Part shown: positions 1 to 15,400 of the stretch, in pieces
Numbering within the stretch: the first letter of the stretch is position 1
How the letters are laid out: the number at the start of each line of letters is the position of its first letter
DNA from: Eledone cirrhosa
Taxonomy: Eukaryota
DNA: 64,000 nt
Assembly: GCA_964016885.1 (NCBI GenBank)
Contig: OZ024742.1
Location: forward strand, 357,802,001-357,866,000
Direction of reading: 5' to 3'
Notes under the pieces: model-generated
The model's input: only the letters and a program-made list of their open reading frames with translations
Told to the model about the DNA's origin: nothing
Database searches by the model: none
Translations under genes and position numbers: made by a program

Positions 1-3000
1 CCCCTTCTTTCATACCTATAAAATGTAGTAGGTATGGCCCCTACCTTCAAACCTATCAAATGTAGTAGGTATGGCCCCTTCCTTCAGACCTATCAAAGGT
101 GGTAGGTGTGGCCCCTTCCTTCATACCTTTCAATTGTGGTAGGTATGGCTCAATCCTTCAGACCTTTCAATTGTGGTAGGTATGGCTCCATCCTTCAGAC
201 CTATGAAAGGTGGTTTTTATGGCCCCTTCCTTCAGACCTATCAAAGGTGGTAGGTATGGCGCCTTCCTTCAGACCTTTCAAATGTGGTAAGTATGGCTCC
301 TTCCTTCAGACCTATCAAAGGTGTTAGGTATGGCCCCTTCCTTCAGACCTATCAAAGGTGGTAGGTATGGCGCCTTCCTTCAGACATATCAAAGGTGGTA
401 GGTATGGCCCCTTCCTTCAGACCTTTCAAATGTGGTAGGTATGGCCCCTTCCTTCAGACCTATCAAAGGTGGTAGGTATGGCCCCTTCCTTCAGACCTTT
501 CAAATGTGTTAAGTATGGCCCATTCCTTCAGACCTATCAAATGTAGTAGGTATGACCCCTTCCTTTAGACCTATCAAATGTGGTAGGTATGGCCCAATCC
601 TTCAGACCTATCAAATGTGGTAGGTATGGCCCCTTCCTTCAGACCTATCAAATGTACTAGGTATGGCCCCTTCCTTCAGACCTATCAAATGTGGTAGGTA
701 CGCCCCCTTCCTTCAGACGCATCAAAGTTGGTGGGTATGGCCCCTTCCTTCAAACCTATCAAATGTGGTAGGTATGGCCCCATCCCTCAGACCTATCAAG
801 TGTGTTAGGTATGGCCCCTTCTTTCTGACCTGTCAACTGTGGTAGGTATGGCCCCTTCCTTCTGACCTATCAAATGTTGTAGGTATGGCCCCTTCTTTTA
901 GACCTATCAAAGGTGGTAGTTATGGCCCGTTCCTTCAGACCAATCAAATATGGTAGGTATGGCCCCTCCTTCAGACCTATCAAAGGTGGCAGGTATGGCC
1001 CCTTCCTTCAGACCTATAAAAGGTGGTAGGTAAGGCCCCTTGCTTCAGACCTATCAAATGTGGTAGGTATGGCCCCTTGCTTCATACCTATCAAATATGG
1101 TAGGTATAGCCCCTTCCTTCAGATCTAACAATTATGGTAGGTATGGCCCCTATATTCAGACCTATCAAAGGCGGTAGTTATGGCCCCTTCTTTCAGACCT
1201 ACAAAATGTAGTAGGTATGGCCCCTACCTTCAAACCTATCAAATGTAGTAGGTATGGCCCCTTCCTTCAAACCTATTAAAGGTGGTAGGTATGGCCCCTT
1301 CCTTCAGACGTTTGAAATGCGGTAGGTATGGCCCCTTCCTTGAGACCATTCAAATGTGGTAGGTATGGCCCCTTCCTTCAGACCTATCAAAGGTGCTATG
1401 TAAGGCCCCTTCCTTCAGACCTATCAAATCTGGTATGTATGGCCCCTTCCTTCAGACCTATGAAAGGTGGTTGGTAGGGCCCCTTCCTTCAGACCTATCA
1501 AAGGCGGTAGGTATGGCCCCTTCCTTCAGACCTATCAAATGTAGTAGGTATGGCCCCTACCTTCAAACCTATCAAATGTAGTAGGTATGGCCCCTTCCTT
1601 CACACCTGTCAAAGATGGTAGGTATGGCCGCTTCCTTTAGACCTTACAAATGTGGTAGGTATGGTCCCTTCCTTCAGACCTATCAAAGGTGGTAGTTATG
1701 GCCCCTTCCTTCAGACCTTTCAAATATGGTAGGTATGGCTCCTTACTTCAGACCTATCAAAGGTGGTAGGTATGGCACATTTCTTCAGACCTATCAGAGG
1801 TGGTAGGTATGGCCCCTTCCTTCTAACCTTTCAAATGTGTTAGGTATGGCCCCACCATTCAGACCTTTCAAATGTGGTAGGTATGGCCCCTTCCTTCAGA
1901 CCTGTCAAATATGGTAGGTATAGCCCCTTCCTTCAGATCTATCAATTATGGTAGGTATGGCCCCTATATTCAGACCTATCAAAGGCGGTAGGTATGGCCC
2001 CTTCTTTCAGGCCTATCAAAGGTGGTTCTTATGGCCCCTTACTTCAGACCTATCAAAGGTGGTAGGTATGGCCCCTTCCTTCAGACCTATCAAATGTGGT
2101 ATGTACGGCCCCTTCCTTCAGACATTTCAAATGTAGTAGGTATGGCCCCTTCCTTCAGACCTATCAAAGGCGGTAGGTATGGCACCTTCCTTCAGACCTT
2201 TCAAATGTGGTAGGTATGGCTCCATCCTTCAGACCTATCAAAGGTGGTAGGTATGGACCCTTCCTTCAGACCTATCAAAGGTGGTAGGTATGGCCCGTTC
2301 CTTCAGACCAATCAAATATGGTAGGTATGGCCCCTTCCTTCAGACCTATCAAAGGTGGTAGGTATGGCGCCTTCCTTCAGACCTATAAAAGGTGGTAGGT
2401 AAGGCCCCTTCCTTCAGACCTATCAAATATGGTATGTATGGCCCCTTCCTTCAGACCTTTCAAATGTGTTCGGTATGGCCCCTTCCTTCTAACCTTTCAA
2501 ATGTGTTAGGTATGGCCCCACCATTCAGACCTTTCAAATGTGGTAGGTATGGCCCCTTCCTTCAGACCTGTCAAATGTGTTAGGTATGGCCCCATCCTTC
2601 AGACCTTTCAAATGTAGTAGGTATGGCCCCTTCCTTCAGACCTGTCAAATGTGTTAGGTATGGCCCCATCCTTCAGACCTTTAAAATATGGTAGGTATAG
2701 CCCCTTCCTTCAGATCTATCTATTATGGTAGGTATGGCCCCTATATTCAGACCTATCAAAGGCGGTAGGTATGGCCCCTTCTTTCAGACCCACAAAATGT
2801 AGTAGGTATGGACCCTTCCTTCAGACATATCAAAGGTGGTATGTGTGGCCCCTATATTCAGACCTATCAAATGTACTAGGTATGGCCCGTTCCTTCAGAC
2901 CTATCAAATGTGGTAGGTACCCCCCCTTCCTTCCGACGTATCAAAGTTGGTGGGTATGGCCCCTTCCTTCAAACCTATCAAATGTGGTAGGTATGGCCCC

Positions 3001-6000
3001 ATCCCTCAGACCTATCAAGTGTGTTAGGTATGGCCCCTTCTTTCTGACCTGTCAACTGTGATAGGTATGGCCCCTTCCTTCTGATCTATCAAATGTTGTA
3101 GGTATGGCCCCTTCTTTTAGACCTACCAAAGGTGGTAGTTATGGCCCGTTCCTTCAGACCAATAAAATATGGTAGGTTTGGCCCCTTCCTTCAGACCTAT
3201 CAAAGGTGGCAGGTATGGCCCCTTCCTTCAGACCTATAAAAGGTGGTAGGTAAGGCCCCTTGCTTCAGACCTATCAAATGTGGTAGGTATGGCCCCTTCC
3301 TTCGGACCTATCAAATATGGTAGGTATGGCCCCTTCCTTCAGACCTATCAAATGTAGTAGTTATGGCCCCTACCTTCAATCCTATCAAATGTAGTAGGTA
3401 CGGCCCCTTCCTTCACACCTGTCAAAGATGGTAGGTATGGCCGCTTCCTTTAGACCTGACAAATGTGGTAGGTATGGTCCCTTCCTTCAGACCTATCAAA
3501 GGTGGTAGTTATGGCCCCTTCCTTCAGACCTTTCAAATATGGTAGGTATGGCCCCTTACTTCAGACCTATCAAAGGTGGTAGGTATGGCACATTCCTTCA
3601 GACCTATCAGAGGTGGTAGGTATGGCCCCTTCCTTCTAACCTTTCAAATGTGTTAGGTATGGCCCCACCATTCAGACCTTTCAAATGTGGTAGGTATGGC
3701 CACTTCCTTCAGACCTGCAAATGTGTTAGGTATGGCCCCATCCTTCAGACCTTTCAAATGTAGTAGGTATGGCCCCTTCCTTCAGACCTGTCAAATGTGT
3801 TAGGTATGGCCCCATCCTGCAGACCTTTCAAATATGGTAGTTATAGCCCCTTCCTTCAGATCTATCAATTATGGTAGGTATGGCCCCTATATTCAGACCT
3901 ATCAAAGGCGGTAGGTATGGCCCCTTCTTTCAGACCCACAAATTGTAGTAGGTATGGCCCCTACCTTCAAACCTATCAAATGTAGTAGGTATGGCCCCTT
4001 CCTTCAGACATATCAAAGGTGGTATGTGTGGCCCCTACATTCAGACCTATCAAATGTAGTAGGTATGGCCCCTTCCTTCAAATCTATCAAAGGTGGTAGG
4101 TATGACTCCTTCCTTTAGACCTATCAGATGTGGTAGGTATGGCCCCTCCCTTCTAACCTTTCAAATGTGGTAGGTATGGTCCCTTCCTTCAGACCTGTCA
4201 AATGTGTTAGTTATGGCCCCATCCTTCAGACCTTTCAAATGTAGTAGGTATGACCCCTTCCTTCAGACCTGTCAAATGTGTTAGGTATAGCCCCATCCTT
4301 CAGACCTTTCAAATATGGTAGGTATAGCCCCTTCCTTCAGATCTATCAATTATGGTAGGTATGGCCCCTATATTCAGACCTTTCAAATGTAGTAGGTATG
4401 GCCCCTTCCTTCAGACCTGTCAAATGTATTAGGTATGGCCCCATCCTTCAGATCATTCAAATATGGTAGGTATAGCCCCTTCCTTCAAATCTATCAAAGG
4501 TGGTAGGTATGGCCCCTTCCTTCAGACCTTTCAAGTGCGGTAGGTATGGCCCCTTCCTTCAGACCTATCAAAGGTGGTAGGTATGGCCCCTTCCTTTAGA
4601 CCTATCAAATGTGGTATGTACGGTCCCTTCCTTCAGACATTTCAAATGTAGTAGGTATGGTCCCTTCCTTCAGACCTTTCAAATGTGGTAGGTATCGCCC
4701 CTTTCTTCAGACCTATCAAAGGTGCTAGGTAAGGCCCATTCCTTCAGACCCTTCAAATGCAGTAGGTATGGCCCCTTCCTTCAGACCTATCAAACGTGGT
4801 AGGTATGGCCCCTTCCTTCATACCTTTCAAATGTGGTAGGTATGGCTCCTTCCTTCAGACATATCAAATGTAGTAGGTATGGCCCCTTCCTTCAGACCTA
4901 TCAAAGGTGGTAGGTGTGGCCCCTATATTCAGACCTATCAAATGTAGTAGGTTTAGCCCCTTCCTTCACACCTATCAAAGGTGGTAGGTATGGCCCCTTC
5001 CTTCAGACCTATCAAAGGGGGTAGGTATGGCCCCTTGCTTCAGACCTATCAAAGGTGGTAGGTAAGGCCCCTTCCTTCAGACCTTTCAAATGTGGTATAT
5101 ATGGCCCTGTCCTTCAGACCTTTCAAATGTGTTAGGTATGGCCCCATCCTTCAGACCTTTCAAGTGTGGTAGGTATGGCCCCTTCCTTCAAACCTGTCAA
5201 ATGTGTTAGGTATGGCCCCATCCTTCAGACCTTTCAAATATGGAAGGTATGGCCCCTTCCTTCAGGCCTATCAAATGTAGTAAGTATGGCCCCTTCCTTC
5301 AGACCTATCAAAGGTGCTATGTGTGGCCCCTTCCTTCAGACCTATCAAAGGTGGTATGTATGTCCCCTTCCTTCAGACCTATCAAAGGTGGTAGGTATGA
5401 CCACTTCCTTCAGACCTTACAAATGTGGGAGATATGGTCCCTTCCTTCAGACCTATCAAATGTGGTAGGTATGGCCCCTTCCTTCAGACATATCAAATAT
5501 GGTAGGTATGGCCCCTTCCTTCAAACCTATCAAAGGTGGTCGGTATTGCGCCTTCCTTCAGACCTATCAAAGGTGGTAGGTATGGCCCCTTCCTTCAGAC
5601 CTATCAAAGGTGGTAGGTAAGGCCCCTTCCTTCAGACCTATCAAATGTGGTAGGTATGGCCCCTTCCTTCAGACCTACAAAATATGGTAAGTATGGCCCC
5701 TTCGTTCAGACCTTTCAAAGGTGGTAGCTATGGCCCCTTCCTTCAGACCTATCAAATGTGGTAGGTATGGGCCCTTCCTTCAGACCTACCAATATGGTAG
5801 GTATGGCACCTTCCTGCAGACCTATCAAAGGTGGTAGGTATGGCCCCTTCCTTCAGACCTTTCAAACGTGGTAGGTATGGCCCCTTCCTTTTGACCTATC
5901 AAATATGCTAGGTATGGCCCCTTTCTTCAGGCCTATCAAAGGTGGTTCTTATGGCCCCTTCCTTCAGACCTATCAAAGGTGGTAGGTATGGCCCCTTCTT

Positions 6001-7291
6001 TCAGACCTATCAAATGTGGTAGGTACGGCCCCTTGCTTCAAACATTTCAAATGTGGTAGGTATGGCCCCTTCCTTCAGACCTTTCAAATGTGGTAGGTAT
6101 GGCTCCTTCCTTCAGACCTATCAAATGTAGTAGGTATGGCCCCTTCCTTCAGACCTTTCAAATGTGGTAGGTATCGCTTCTTCCTTCAGACCTATCAAAT
6201 GTGGTAGGTATGGCCCCTTACTTCAGACCTATCAAAGGTGGTAGGTATGGCCCCTTACTTCAGACCTATCAAAGGTGGTAGGTATGGCCCCTTCCTTCAG
6301 ACCTGTCAAATGTGTTAGGTATGGCCCCAGCCTTCAGACCTTACAAATGTGGTAGGTATGGTCCCTACCTTCAGACCTATCAAAGGTGCTAGGTATGGCC
6401 CCTTCCTTCAGACCTATCAAATATGGTAGGTATGGCCCCTTCCTTCAGACCTATCAAAGGTGATAGGTATGGCCCCTTCCTTCAGACCTATCAAAGGTGA
6501 GTAGGTAAGGCCCCTTCCTTCAGACATTTCAAATGTGGTAGTTAAGGCCCCTTCCTTCAGACCTATCAAAGGCGGTAGGTATGGCCCCTTGCTTCAGAAT
6601 AATCAAATATGGTAGGTATGGCCCCTTCCTTTAGACCTATCAAAGATAGTAGGTGTGGCCCCTACATTCAGACCTATCAAAGGTGGTAGGTATGGCCGCT
6701 TCCTTTAGACCTTACAAATGTGGTAGGTATGGTCCCTTCCTTCAGACCTATCAAAGGTGGTAGTTATGGCCCCTTCCTTCAGACCTTTCAAATATGGTAG
6801 GTATGGCCCCTTACTTCAGACCTATCAAAGGTGGTAGGTATGGCACATTCCTTCAGACCTATCAAAGATGGTAGGTATGGCCCCTTCCTTCAGACCTTTC
6901 AAATGTGGTAAGTATGTCCCCTTCCTTCAGACCTTTCAAATGTGATAAGTATGTCCCCTTCCTTCAGACATATCAAAGGTGCTAGGTAAGGCCCCTTCCT
7001 TCAGACCTATCAAATGTAGTAGACATGGCCCCTTCCTTCAGACCTTTCAAATGTGTTAGGTATGGTCCATTCCTTCAGACCTATCAAAGGTGGTAGGTAA
7101 AGCCCCTTCCTTCAGACCTATCAAAGGTGGAAGGTATGGCCCCTTACTTCAGACCTTTCAAATGTTGTAGGTATGGCCCCTTCCTTCTGACCTATCAAAT
7201 ATGGTAGGTATGGCCCCTTCCTTCAAACCTATCAAAGGTGGTAGGTATGGCCCCTTCCTTCAGACCTATCAAATGTGGTAGGTATGGCCCC

Positions 7292-10200
7292 TTCCTTCAG
7301 ACCTATCAAAGGTGGTAGGTAAGAACCCTTCCTTCAGACCTATCAAATGTGGTAGGTATGGCCCCGTTCTTCAGACCTACCAAATATGGTAAGTAAGGCC
7401 CCTTCCTTCAGACCTTTCAAAGGTGGTAGCTATGGCCCCTTCCTTCAGACCTACCAATATGGTAGGTATGGCACCTTCCTGCAGACCTATCAAAGGTGGT
7501 AGGTATGGCCCCTTCCTTCAGACCTTTAAAACGTGGTAGGTATGGCCCCTTCCTTTTGACCTATCAAATATGCTATGTATGGCCCCTTCCTTCAGGCCTA
7601 TCAAAGGTGGTTCTTATGGCCCCTTCCTTCAGACCTATCAAAGGTGGTAGGTATGGCCCCTTCCTTCAGACCTATCAAATGTGGTAGGTACGGCCCCTTG
7701 CTTTAGACATTTCAAATGTGGTAGGTATGGCCCCTTCCTTCAGACCTTTCAAATGTGGTAGGTATGGCTCCTTCCTTCAGACCTATCAAATGTAGTAGGT
7801 ATGGCCCCTTCCTTCAGACCTTTCAAATGTGGTAGGTATGGCGCCTTCATTCAGACCTATCAAATTTAGTAGGTATGGCCCCTTCCTTCAGACCTCTCAA
7901 ATGTGGTAGGTATGGGCCCTTCCTTCAGACCTGTCAAATGTGTTAGGTATGGCCCCATCCTTCAGACCTTACAAATGTGGTAGGTATGGTCCCTACCTTC
8001 AGACCTATCAAAGGTGCTAGGTATGGCCCCTTCCTTCAGACCTATCAAATATGGTAGGTATGGCCCCTTCCTTCAGACCTATCAAAGGTGGTAGGTATGG
8101 CCCCTTCCTTCAGACCTATCAAAGGTGATAGGTATGGCCCCTTCCTTCAGACCTATCAAAGGTGAGTAGGTAATGCCCCTTCCTTCAGACCTTTCAAATG
8201 TGGTAGGTATGGCCTTTTCCTTCAGACCTTTCAAATGTGGTAGGTATGGGCCCTTCCTTCAGACCTATCAAATTTAGTAGGTATGGCCCCTTCCTTCAGA
8301 CCTTACAAATGTGGTAGGTATGGTCCCTACCTTCAGACCTATCAAAGGTGATAGGTATGGCCCCTTCCTTCAGACCTATCAAATATGGTAGGTATGGCCC
8401 CTTCCTTCAGACCTATCAAATGTGGTAGGTATCGCCCCTTCCTTCAGACCTATCAAAGGTGATAGTTATGGCCCCTTCCTTCAGACCTATCAAAGGTGGT
8501 AGGTATGGCCCCTTCCTTCAGACCTATCAAAGGTGGTAGGTATGGCCCCTTCCTTCAGACCTATCAAAGGTGGTAGGTATGGCCCCTTCCTTCAGACCTA
8601 TCAAAGGTGATAGGTATGGCCCCTTCCTTCAGACCTATCAAAGGTGAGTAGTTAAGGCCCCTTCCTTCAGACCTATCAAAGGCTGTAGGTATGGCCCCTT
8701 CCTTCAGACCAATGAGATGTGGTAGGTATGGCCCCTTGCTTCAGAATAATCAAATATGCTAGGTATGGACCCTTCCTTCTGACCTATCAAATATGCTAGG
8801 TATGGCCCCTTACTTCAGACCTTTCAAATGTTGTAGGTGTGGCCCCTTCCTTCTGACCTATCAAATATGCTACGTATGGCCCCTTCCTTCAGGCCTATCA
8901 AAGGTGGTAGGTATGGCCCCTTCCTTCAGACCTATCAAATGTGGTATGTACGGCCCCTTCCTTCAGACCTTTCAAATGTGGTATGTATCGCCCCTTCCTT
9001 CAGACCTATGAAAGGTGCTATGTAAGGCCCCTTCCTTCAAACCTTTCAAATGTGGTAGGTATGGCTCCTTCCTTCAGACCTATCAAATGTAGTAGGTATG
9101 GCCCCTTCCTTCAGACCTATCAAAGGTGGTAGGTGTGGCCCCTATATTCAGACCTATAAAATGTAGTAGGTATGGCCCCTTCCTTCACACCTATTAATGG
9201 TGGTAGGTATGGCCCCTTGCTTCAGACCTATCAAAGGTGGTAGGTATGGCCCCTCCCTTCAGACTTATCAAAGGTGGTAGCTATGGCCCCTTCCTTCAGA
9301 CCTATCAAAGGTGGTAGGTATGGCACATTCCTTCAGACCTATCAAAGAAGGTAGGTATGGTCCATTCCTGCAGACCTATCAAAGGTGGAAGGTATGGCCC
9401 CTTACTTCAGACCTTTCAAATGTTGTAGGTATGGCCCCTTCCTTCTGACCTATCAAATATGGTAGGTATGGCCCCTTCCTTCAGACCTTTCAAAGGTGGT
9501 AGCTATGGCCCCTTCCTTCAGACCTATCAAATGTGGTAGGTATGGCCCCTTCCTTCAGACGTACCAATATGGTAGGTATGGCACCTTCCTGCAGACCTAT
9601 CAAAGGTGGTAGGTATGGCCCCTTCCTTCAGACCTTTAAAACGTGGTAGGTATGGCCCCTTCCTTTTGACCTATCAAATATGCTAGGTATGGCCCCTTCC
9701 TTCAGGCCTATCAAAGGTGGTTCTTATGGCCCCTTCCTTCAGACCTATCAAAGGTGGTAGGTATGGCGCCTTCCTTCAGAACTATCAAATTTAGTAGGTA
9801 TGGCCCCTTCCTTCAGACCTATCAAATGTGGTAGGTATGGCTCCTTCCTTCAGACCTATCAAAGGTGGTAGGTAAGAACCCTTCCTTCAGACCTATCAAA
9901 TGTGGTAGGTATGGCCCCGTTCTTCAGACCTACCAAATATGGTAAGTAAGGCCCCTTCCTTCAGACCTTTCAAAGGTGGAAGCTATGGCCCCTTCCTTCA
10001 GACCTACCAATATGGTAGGTATGGCACCTTCCTGCAGACCTATCAAAGGTGGTAGGTATGGCCCCTTCCTTCAGACCTTTAAAACGTGGTAGGTATGGCC
10101 CCTTCCTTTTGACCTATCAAATATGCTATGTATGGCCCCTTCCTTCAGGCCTATCAAAGGTAGTTCTTATGGCCCCTTCCTTCAGACCTATCAAAGGTGG

Positions 10201-12400
10201 TAGGTATGGCCCCTTCCTTCAGACCTATCAAATGTGGTAGGTACGGCCCCTTGCTTCAGACATTTCAAATGTGGTAGGTATGGCCCCTTCCTTCAGACCT
10301 TTCAAATGTGGTAGGTATGGCTCCTTCCTTCAGACCTATCAAATGTAGTAGGTATGGCCCCTTCCTTCAGACCTTTCAAATGTGGTAGGTATGGCGCCTT
10401 CATTCAGACCTATCAAATTTAGTAGGTATGGCCCCTTCCTTCAGACCTCTCAAATGTGGTAGGTATGGGCCCTTCCTTCAGACCTGTCAAATGTGTTAGG
10501 TATGGCCCCATCCTTCAGACCTTACAAATGTGGTAGGTATGGTCCCTACCTTCAGACCTATCAAAGGTGCTAGGTATGGCCCCTTCCTTCAGACCTATCA
10601 AATATGGTAGGTATGGCCCCTTCCTTCAGACCTATCAAAGGTGGTAGGTATGGCCCCTTCCTTCAGACCTATCAAAGGTGATAGGTATGGCCCCTTCCTT
10701 CAGACCTATCAAAGGTGAGTAGGTAATGCCCCTTCCTTCAGACCTTTCAAATGTGGTAGGTATGGCCTTTTCCTTCAGACCTTTCAAATGTGGTAGGTAT
10801 GGGCCCTTCCTTCAGACCTATCAAATTTAGTAGGTATGGCCCCTTCCTTCAGACCTTACAAATGTGGTAGGTATGGTCCCTACCTTCAGACCTATCAAAG
10901 GTGATAGGTATGGCCCCTTCCTTCAGACCTATCAAATATGGTAGGTATGGCCCCTTCCTTCAGACCTATCAAATGTGGTAGGTATCGCCCCTTCCTTCAG
11001 ACCTATCAAAGGTGATAGGTATGGCCCCTTCCTTCAGACCTATCAAAGGTGGTAGGTATGGCCCCTTCCTTCAGACCTATCAAAGGTGGTAGGTATGGCC
11101 CCTTCCTTCAGACCTATCAAAGGTGGTAGGTATGGCCCCTTCCTTCAGACCTATCAAAGGTGATAGGTATGGCCCCTTCCTTCAGACCTATCAAAGGTGA
11201 GTAGTTAAGGCCCCTTCCTTCAGACCTATCAAAGGCTGTAGGTCTGGCCCCTTCCTTCAGACCAATGAGAGGTGGTAGGTATGGCCCCTTGCTTCAGAAT
11301 AATCAAATATGCTAGGTATGGACCCTTCCTTCTGACCTATCAAATATGCTAGGTATGGCCCCTTACTTCAGACCTTTCAAATGTTGTAGGTGTGGCCCCT
11401 TCCTTCTGACCTATCAAATATGCTACGTATGGCCCCTTCCTTCAGGCCTATCAAAGGTGGTAGGTATGGCCCCTTCCTTCAGACCTATCAAATGTGGTAT
11501 GTACGGCCCCTTCCTTCAGACCTTTCAAATGTGGTATGTATCGCCCCTTCCTTCAGACCTATGAAAGGTGCTATGTAAGGCCCCTTCCTTCAAACCTTTC
11601 AAATGTGGTAGGTATGGCTCCTTCCTTCAGACCTATCAAATGTAGTAGGTATGGCCCCTTCCTTCAGACCTATCAAAGGTGGTAGGTGTGGCCCCTATAT
11701 TCAGACCTATAAAATGTAGTAGGTATGGCCCCTTCCTTCACACCTATTAATGGTGGTAGGTATGGCCCCTTGCTTCAGACCTATCAAAGGTGGTAGGTAT
11801 GGCCCCTCCCTTCAGACTTATCAAAGGTGGTAGCTATGGCCCCTTCCTTCAGACCTATCAAAGGTGGTAGGTATGGCACATTCCTTCAGACCTATCAAAG
11901 AAGGTAGGTATGGTCCATTCCTGCAGACCTATCAAAGGTGGAAGGTATGGCCCCTTACTTCAGACCTTTCAAATGTTGTAGGTATGGCCCCTTCCTTCTG
12001 ACCTATCAAATATGGTAGGTATGGCCCCTTCCTTCAGACCTTTCAAAGGTGGTAGCTATGGCCCCTTCCTTCAGACCTATCAAATGTGGTAGGTATGGCC
12101 CCTTCCTTCAGACGTACCAATATGGTAGGTATGGCACCTTCCTGCAGACCTATCAAAGGTGGTAGGTATGGCCCCTTCCTTCAGACCTTTAAAACGTGGT
12201 AGGTATGGCCCCTTCCTTTTGACCTATCAAATATGCTAGGTATGGCCCCTTCCTTCAGGCCTATCAAAGGTGGTTCTTATGGCCCCTTCCTTCAGACCTA
12301 TCAAAGGTGGTAGGTATGGCGCCTTCCTTCAGAACTATCAAATTTAGTAGGTATGGCCCCTTCCTTCAGACCTATCAAATGTGGTAGGTATGGCTCCTTC
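7292..12400. repeat. Higher-order tandem duplication of 2553 bp (69 monomers) within the satellite
   Basis: Rare variants recur at an exact 2553-bp offset: AAGAACCC at 7321/9874 and GAACTATCAAATTTAG at 9779/12332. Spurious ORF translations are identical at 7496/10049 and 8793/11346. Boundaries are approximate. Confidence 0.9.
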
Positions 12401-15400
12401 CTTCAGACCTATCAAATGTAGTAGGTATGGCCCCTTCCTTCAGACCTATCAAAGGTGGTAGGTGTGGCTCCTATATTCAGACCTATAAAATGTAGTAGGT
12501 ATGGCCCCTTCCTTCACACCTATCAATGGTGGTAGGTATGGCCCCTTCCTTCAGACCTATCAAAGGTGGTAGGTATGGCCCCTTGCTTCAGACCTATCAA
12601 AGGTGGTAGGTATGGCTCCTTCCTTCAGACCTTTCAAATGTGGTAGGTATGGCCCTGTCCTTCAGACCTTTCAAATGTGTTAGGTATGGCCCCATCCTTC
12701 AGACCTTTCAAGTGTGGTAGGTATGGCCCCTTCCTTCAAACCTGTCAAATGTGTTAGGTATGGCCCCATCCTTCAGACCTTTCAAATATGGAAGGTATGG
12801 CCCCTTCCTTCAGATCTCTCAAGTATGCTATGTATGGCCCCATCCTTCAAGCCTATCGAATGTAGTAGGTATTGCCCCTACCTTCAAACCTATCAAATGT
12901 AGTAAGTATGGCCGCTTCCTTTAGACCTATCAAAGGTGGTAGGTGTGGCCCCTTTCTTCAGACCTATCAAATGTAGTAGATATGGCCCCTTCCTTCACAC
13001 CTATCAAAGGTGGTATGTATGTCCCCTTCCTTCAGACCTATCAAATATGGTAGGTATGGCCCCTTCCTTCAAACCTATACAAGGTGGTAGGTATGACCTC
13101 TTCCTTCAGACCTTACAAATGTGGGAGATATGGTCCCTTCCTTCAGACCTATCAAAGGTGGTAGGTATGGCCCCTTCCTTCAGACCTATCAAATATGGTA
13201 GGTATGGCCCCTTCCTTCAAACCTATACAAGGTGGTAGGTATGGCCCCTTCTTTCAGACCTATCAAAGGTGGTAGGTATGGCCCCTTCCTTCAGACCTAT
13301 CAAAGGTGGTAGGTAAGGCCCCTTCCTTCAGACCTATCAAATGTGGTAGGTAAGGCCCCTTCATTCAGACCTACCAAATGTGGTAAGTATGGCCCCTTCC
13401 TTCAGACCTTTCAAAGGTGGTAGGTATGGCACCATCCTGCAGACCTATCAAAGGTGGTAGGTATGGCCCCTTCCTTCAGACCTTTCAAATATGCTAGGTA
13501 TGGCCCCTTCCTTCAGGCCTATCAAAGGTGGTTCTTATGGCCCCTTCCTTCAGACCTGTCAAAGTTGGTAGGTATGGCCCCTTCCTTTAGACCTATCAAA
13601 TGTGGTAGGTACGGCCCCTTGCTTCAGACCTATCAAAGGTGGTAGGTATGGCCCCTTCCTTCAGACCTTTCAAATGTGGTAGGTATGGCTCCTTCCTTCA
13701 GACCTATCAAATGTAGTACGTATGGCCCCTTCCTTCAGACCTATCAAAGCTGGTAGGTAAGGCGCCTTCATTCAGACCTATCAAATATGGTATGTATGGC
13801 CCCTTCCTTCAGACATTTCAAATGTGGTAGGTATGGTCCCTTCCTCCAGACCTATCAAAGTCGGTAGGTATGGTCCCTTCCTTTAGACCTATGAGAGGTG
13901 GTAGGAATGGCCCCTTCCTTCAGACCTTTCAAATGTGGTAGGTATGGGCCCTTCCTTCAGACCTGTCAAATGTGTTAGGTATGGCCCCATCCTTCAGACC
14001 TTACAAATGTGGAAGGTATGGTCCCTACCTTCAGACCTATCAAAGGTGCTAGGTATGGCCCCTTCCTTCAGACCTATCAAATATGGTAGGTATGGCCCCT
14101 TCCTTCAGACCTATCAAAGGTGGTAGGTATGGCCCCTTCCTTCAGACCTATCAAAGGTGAGTAGGTAAGGCCCCTTCCTTCAGACATTTCAAATGTGGTA
14201 GGTATGGCCCCTTCCTTCAGACCTATCAAAGGCGGTAGGTATGACCCCTTCCTTCAGACCTATCAAAGTTGAAGGGTAAGGCCCCTTCCTTCAGACCTAT
14301 CAAATGTAGTAGGTATGGCCCCATCCTTCAGACCTTTCAACTATGTTATGTATGGCCCCTTCCTTCTGATCTGTAAAATGTGCTAGGTATGGCCCCTTCC
14401 TTCAGACATATCAAAGGTGGTAGGTATGGCCCCTTCCTTCAGACCTATAAAAGGTGGTAGGTATGGCCCCTTCCTTCAGAACCTTCAAAGGTTGCAGGTA
14501 TGGCCCCTTCCTTCAGACCTATCAAAGGTGGTAAGTATGGCCCCTTCCTTCAGACCTATCAAATGTAGTAGGTATGGCCCCTTCCTTCACACCTATCAAA
14601 CGTGGTAGGTATGGCCCCTTCCTTCATACCTTTCAAATATGGTAGGTATGGCCCCTTACTTCAGACCTATCAAAGGTGGTAGGTATGGCCCCTTCCTTCA
14701 GACCAATCTAAGGTGGTAAGTCTGGTCCCTTGCTTCAGACCTTTCAAATGTGGTAGGTATGGCCCCTTCCTTCAGACATATTAAAGGTGCTAGGTAAGGC
14801 CCCTTCCTTCAGACCTATCAAATGTGGTAAGTATGGCCCCGTTCCTTCAGACCTATCAAATGTGGTAAGAATGGCCCCTTCCTTCTGACCTATCAAATGT
14901 AGTAGATATGGCCCCTTCCTTCAGACCTTTCAAATGTGCTAGGTATGGCCCCTTCCTTCAGACCTATCAAATGTGGTAGGTATGGCCCCTTCCTTCAGAC
15001 CTATCAAATGAGGTAAGTATGGCCCCGTTCCTTCAGACCTATCAAATGTGGTAGGTATGGCCCCTTCCTTCTGACCTATCAAATGTGCTAGATATGGCCC
15101 CTTCCTTCAGACCTTTCAAATGTGGTGAGTATCGGCCCTTCATTTAGACCTATCAAAGGTGCTAGGTATGGCTCCTTTCTTTAGACCTATCAAATGTAGT
15201 AGGTATGGCCCCTTCCTTCAGACCTATAAAAGGTGGTAGGTATGGCCCCTTCCTTCAGAACCTTCAAATGTTGAGGTATGGCCCCTCCCTTCAGACCTAT
15301 CAAAGGTGGTAAGTATGGGCCCTTCCTTCAGACCTATCAAAGGTAGTAGGTATGGCCCCATCCTTCAGAGCTATCAAAGGTGGTAGGTATGGCCACTTCC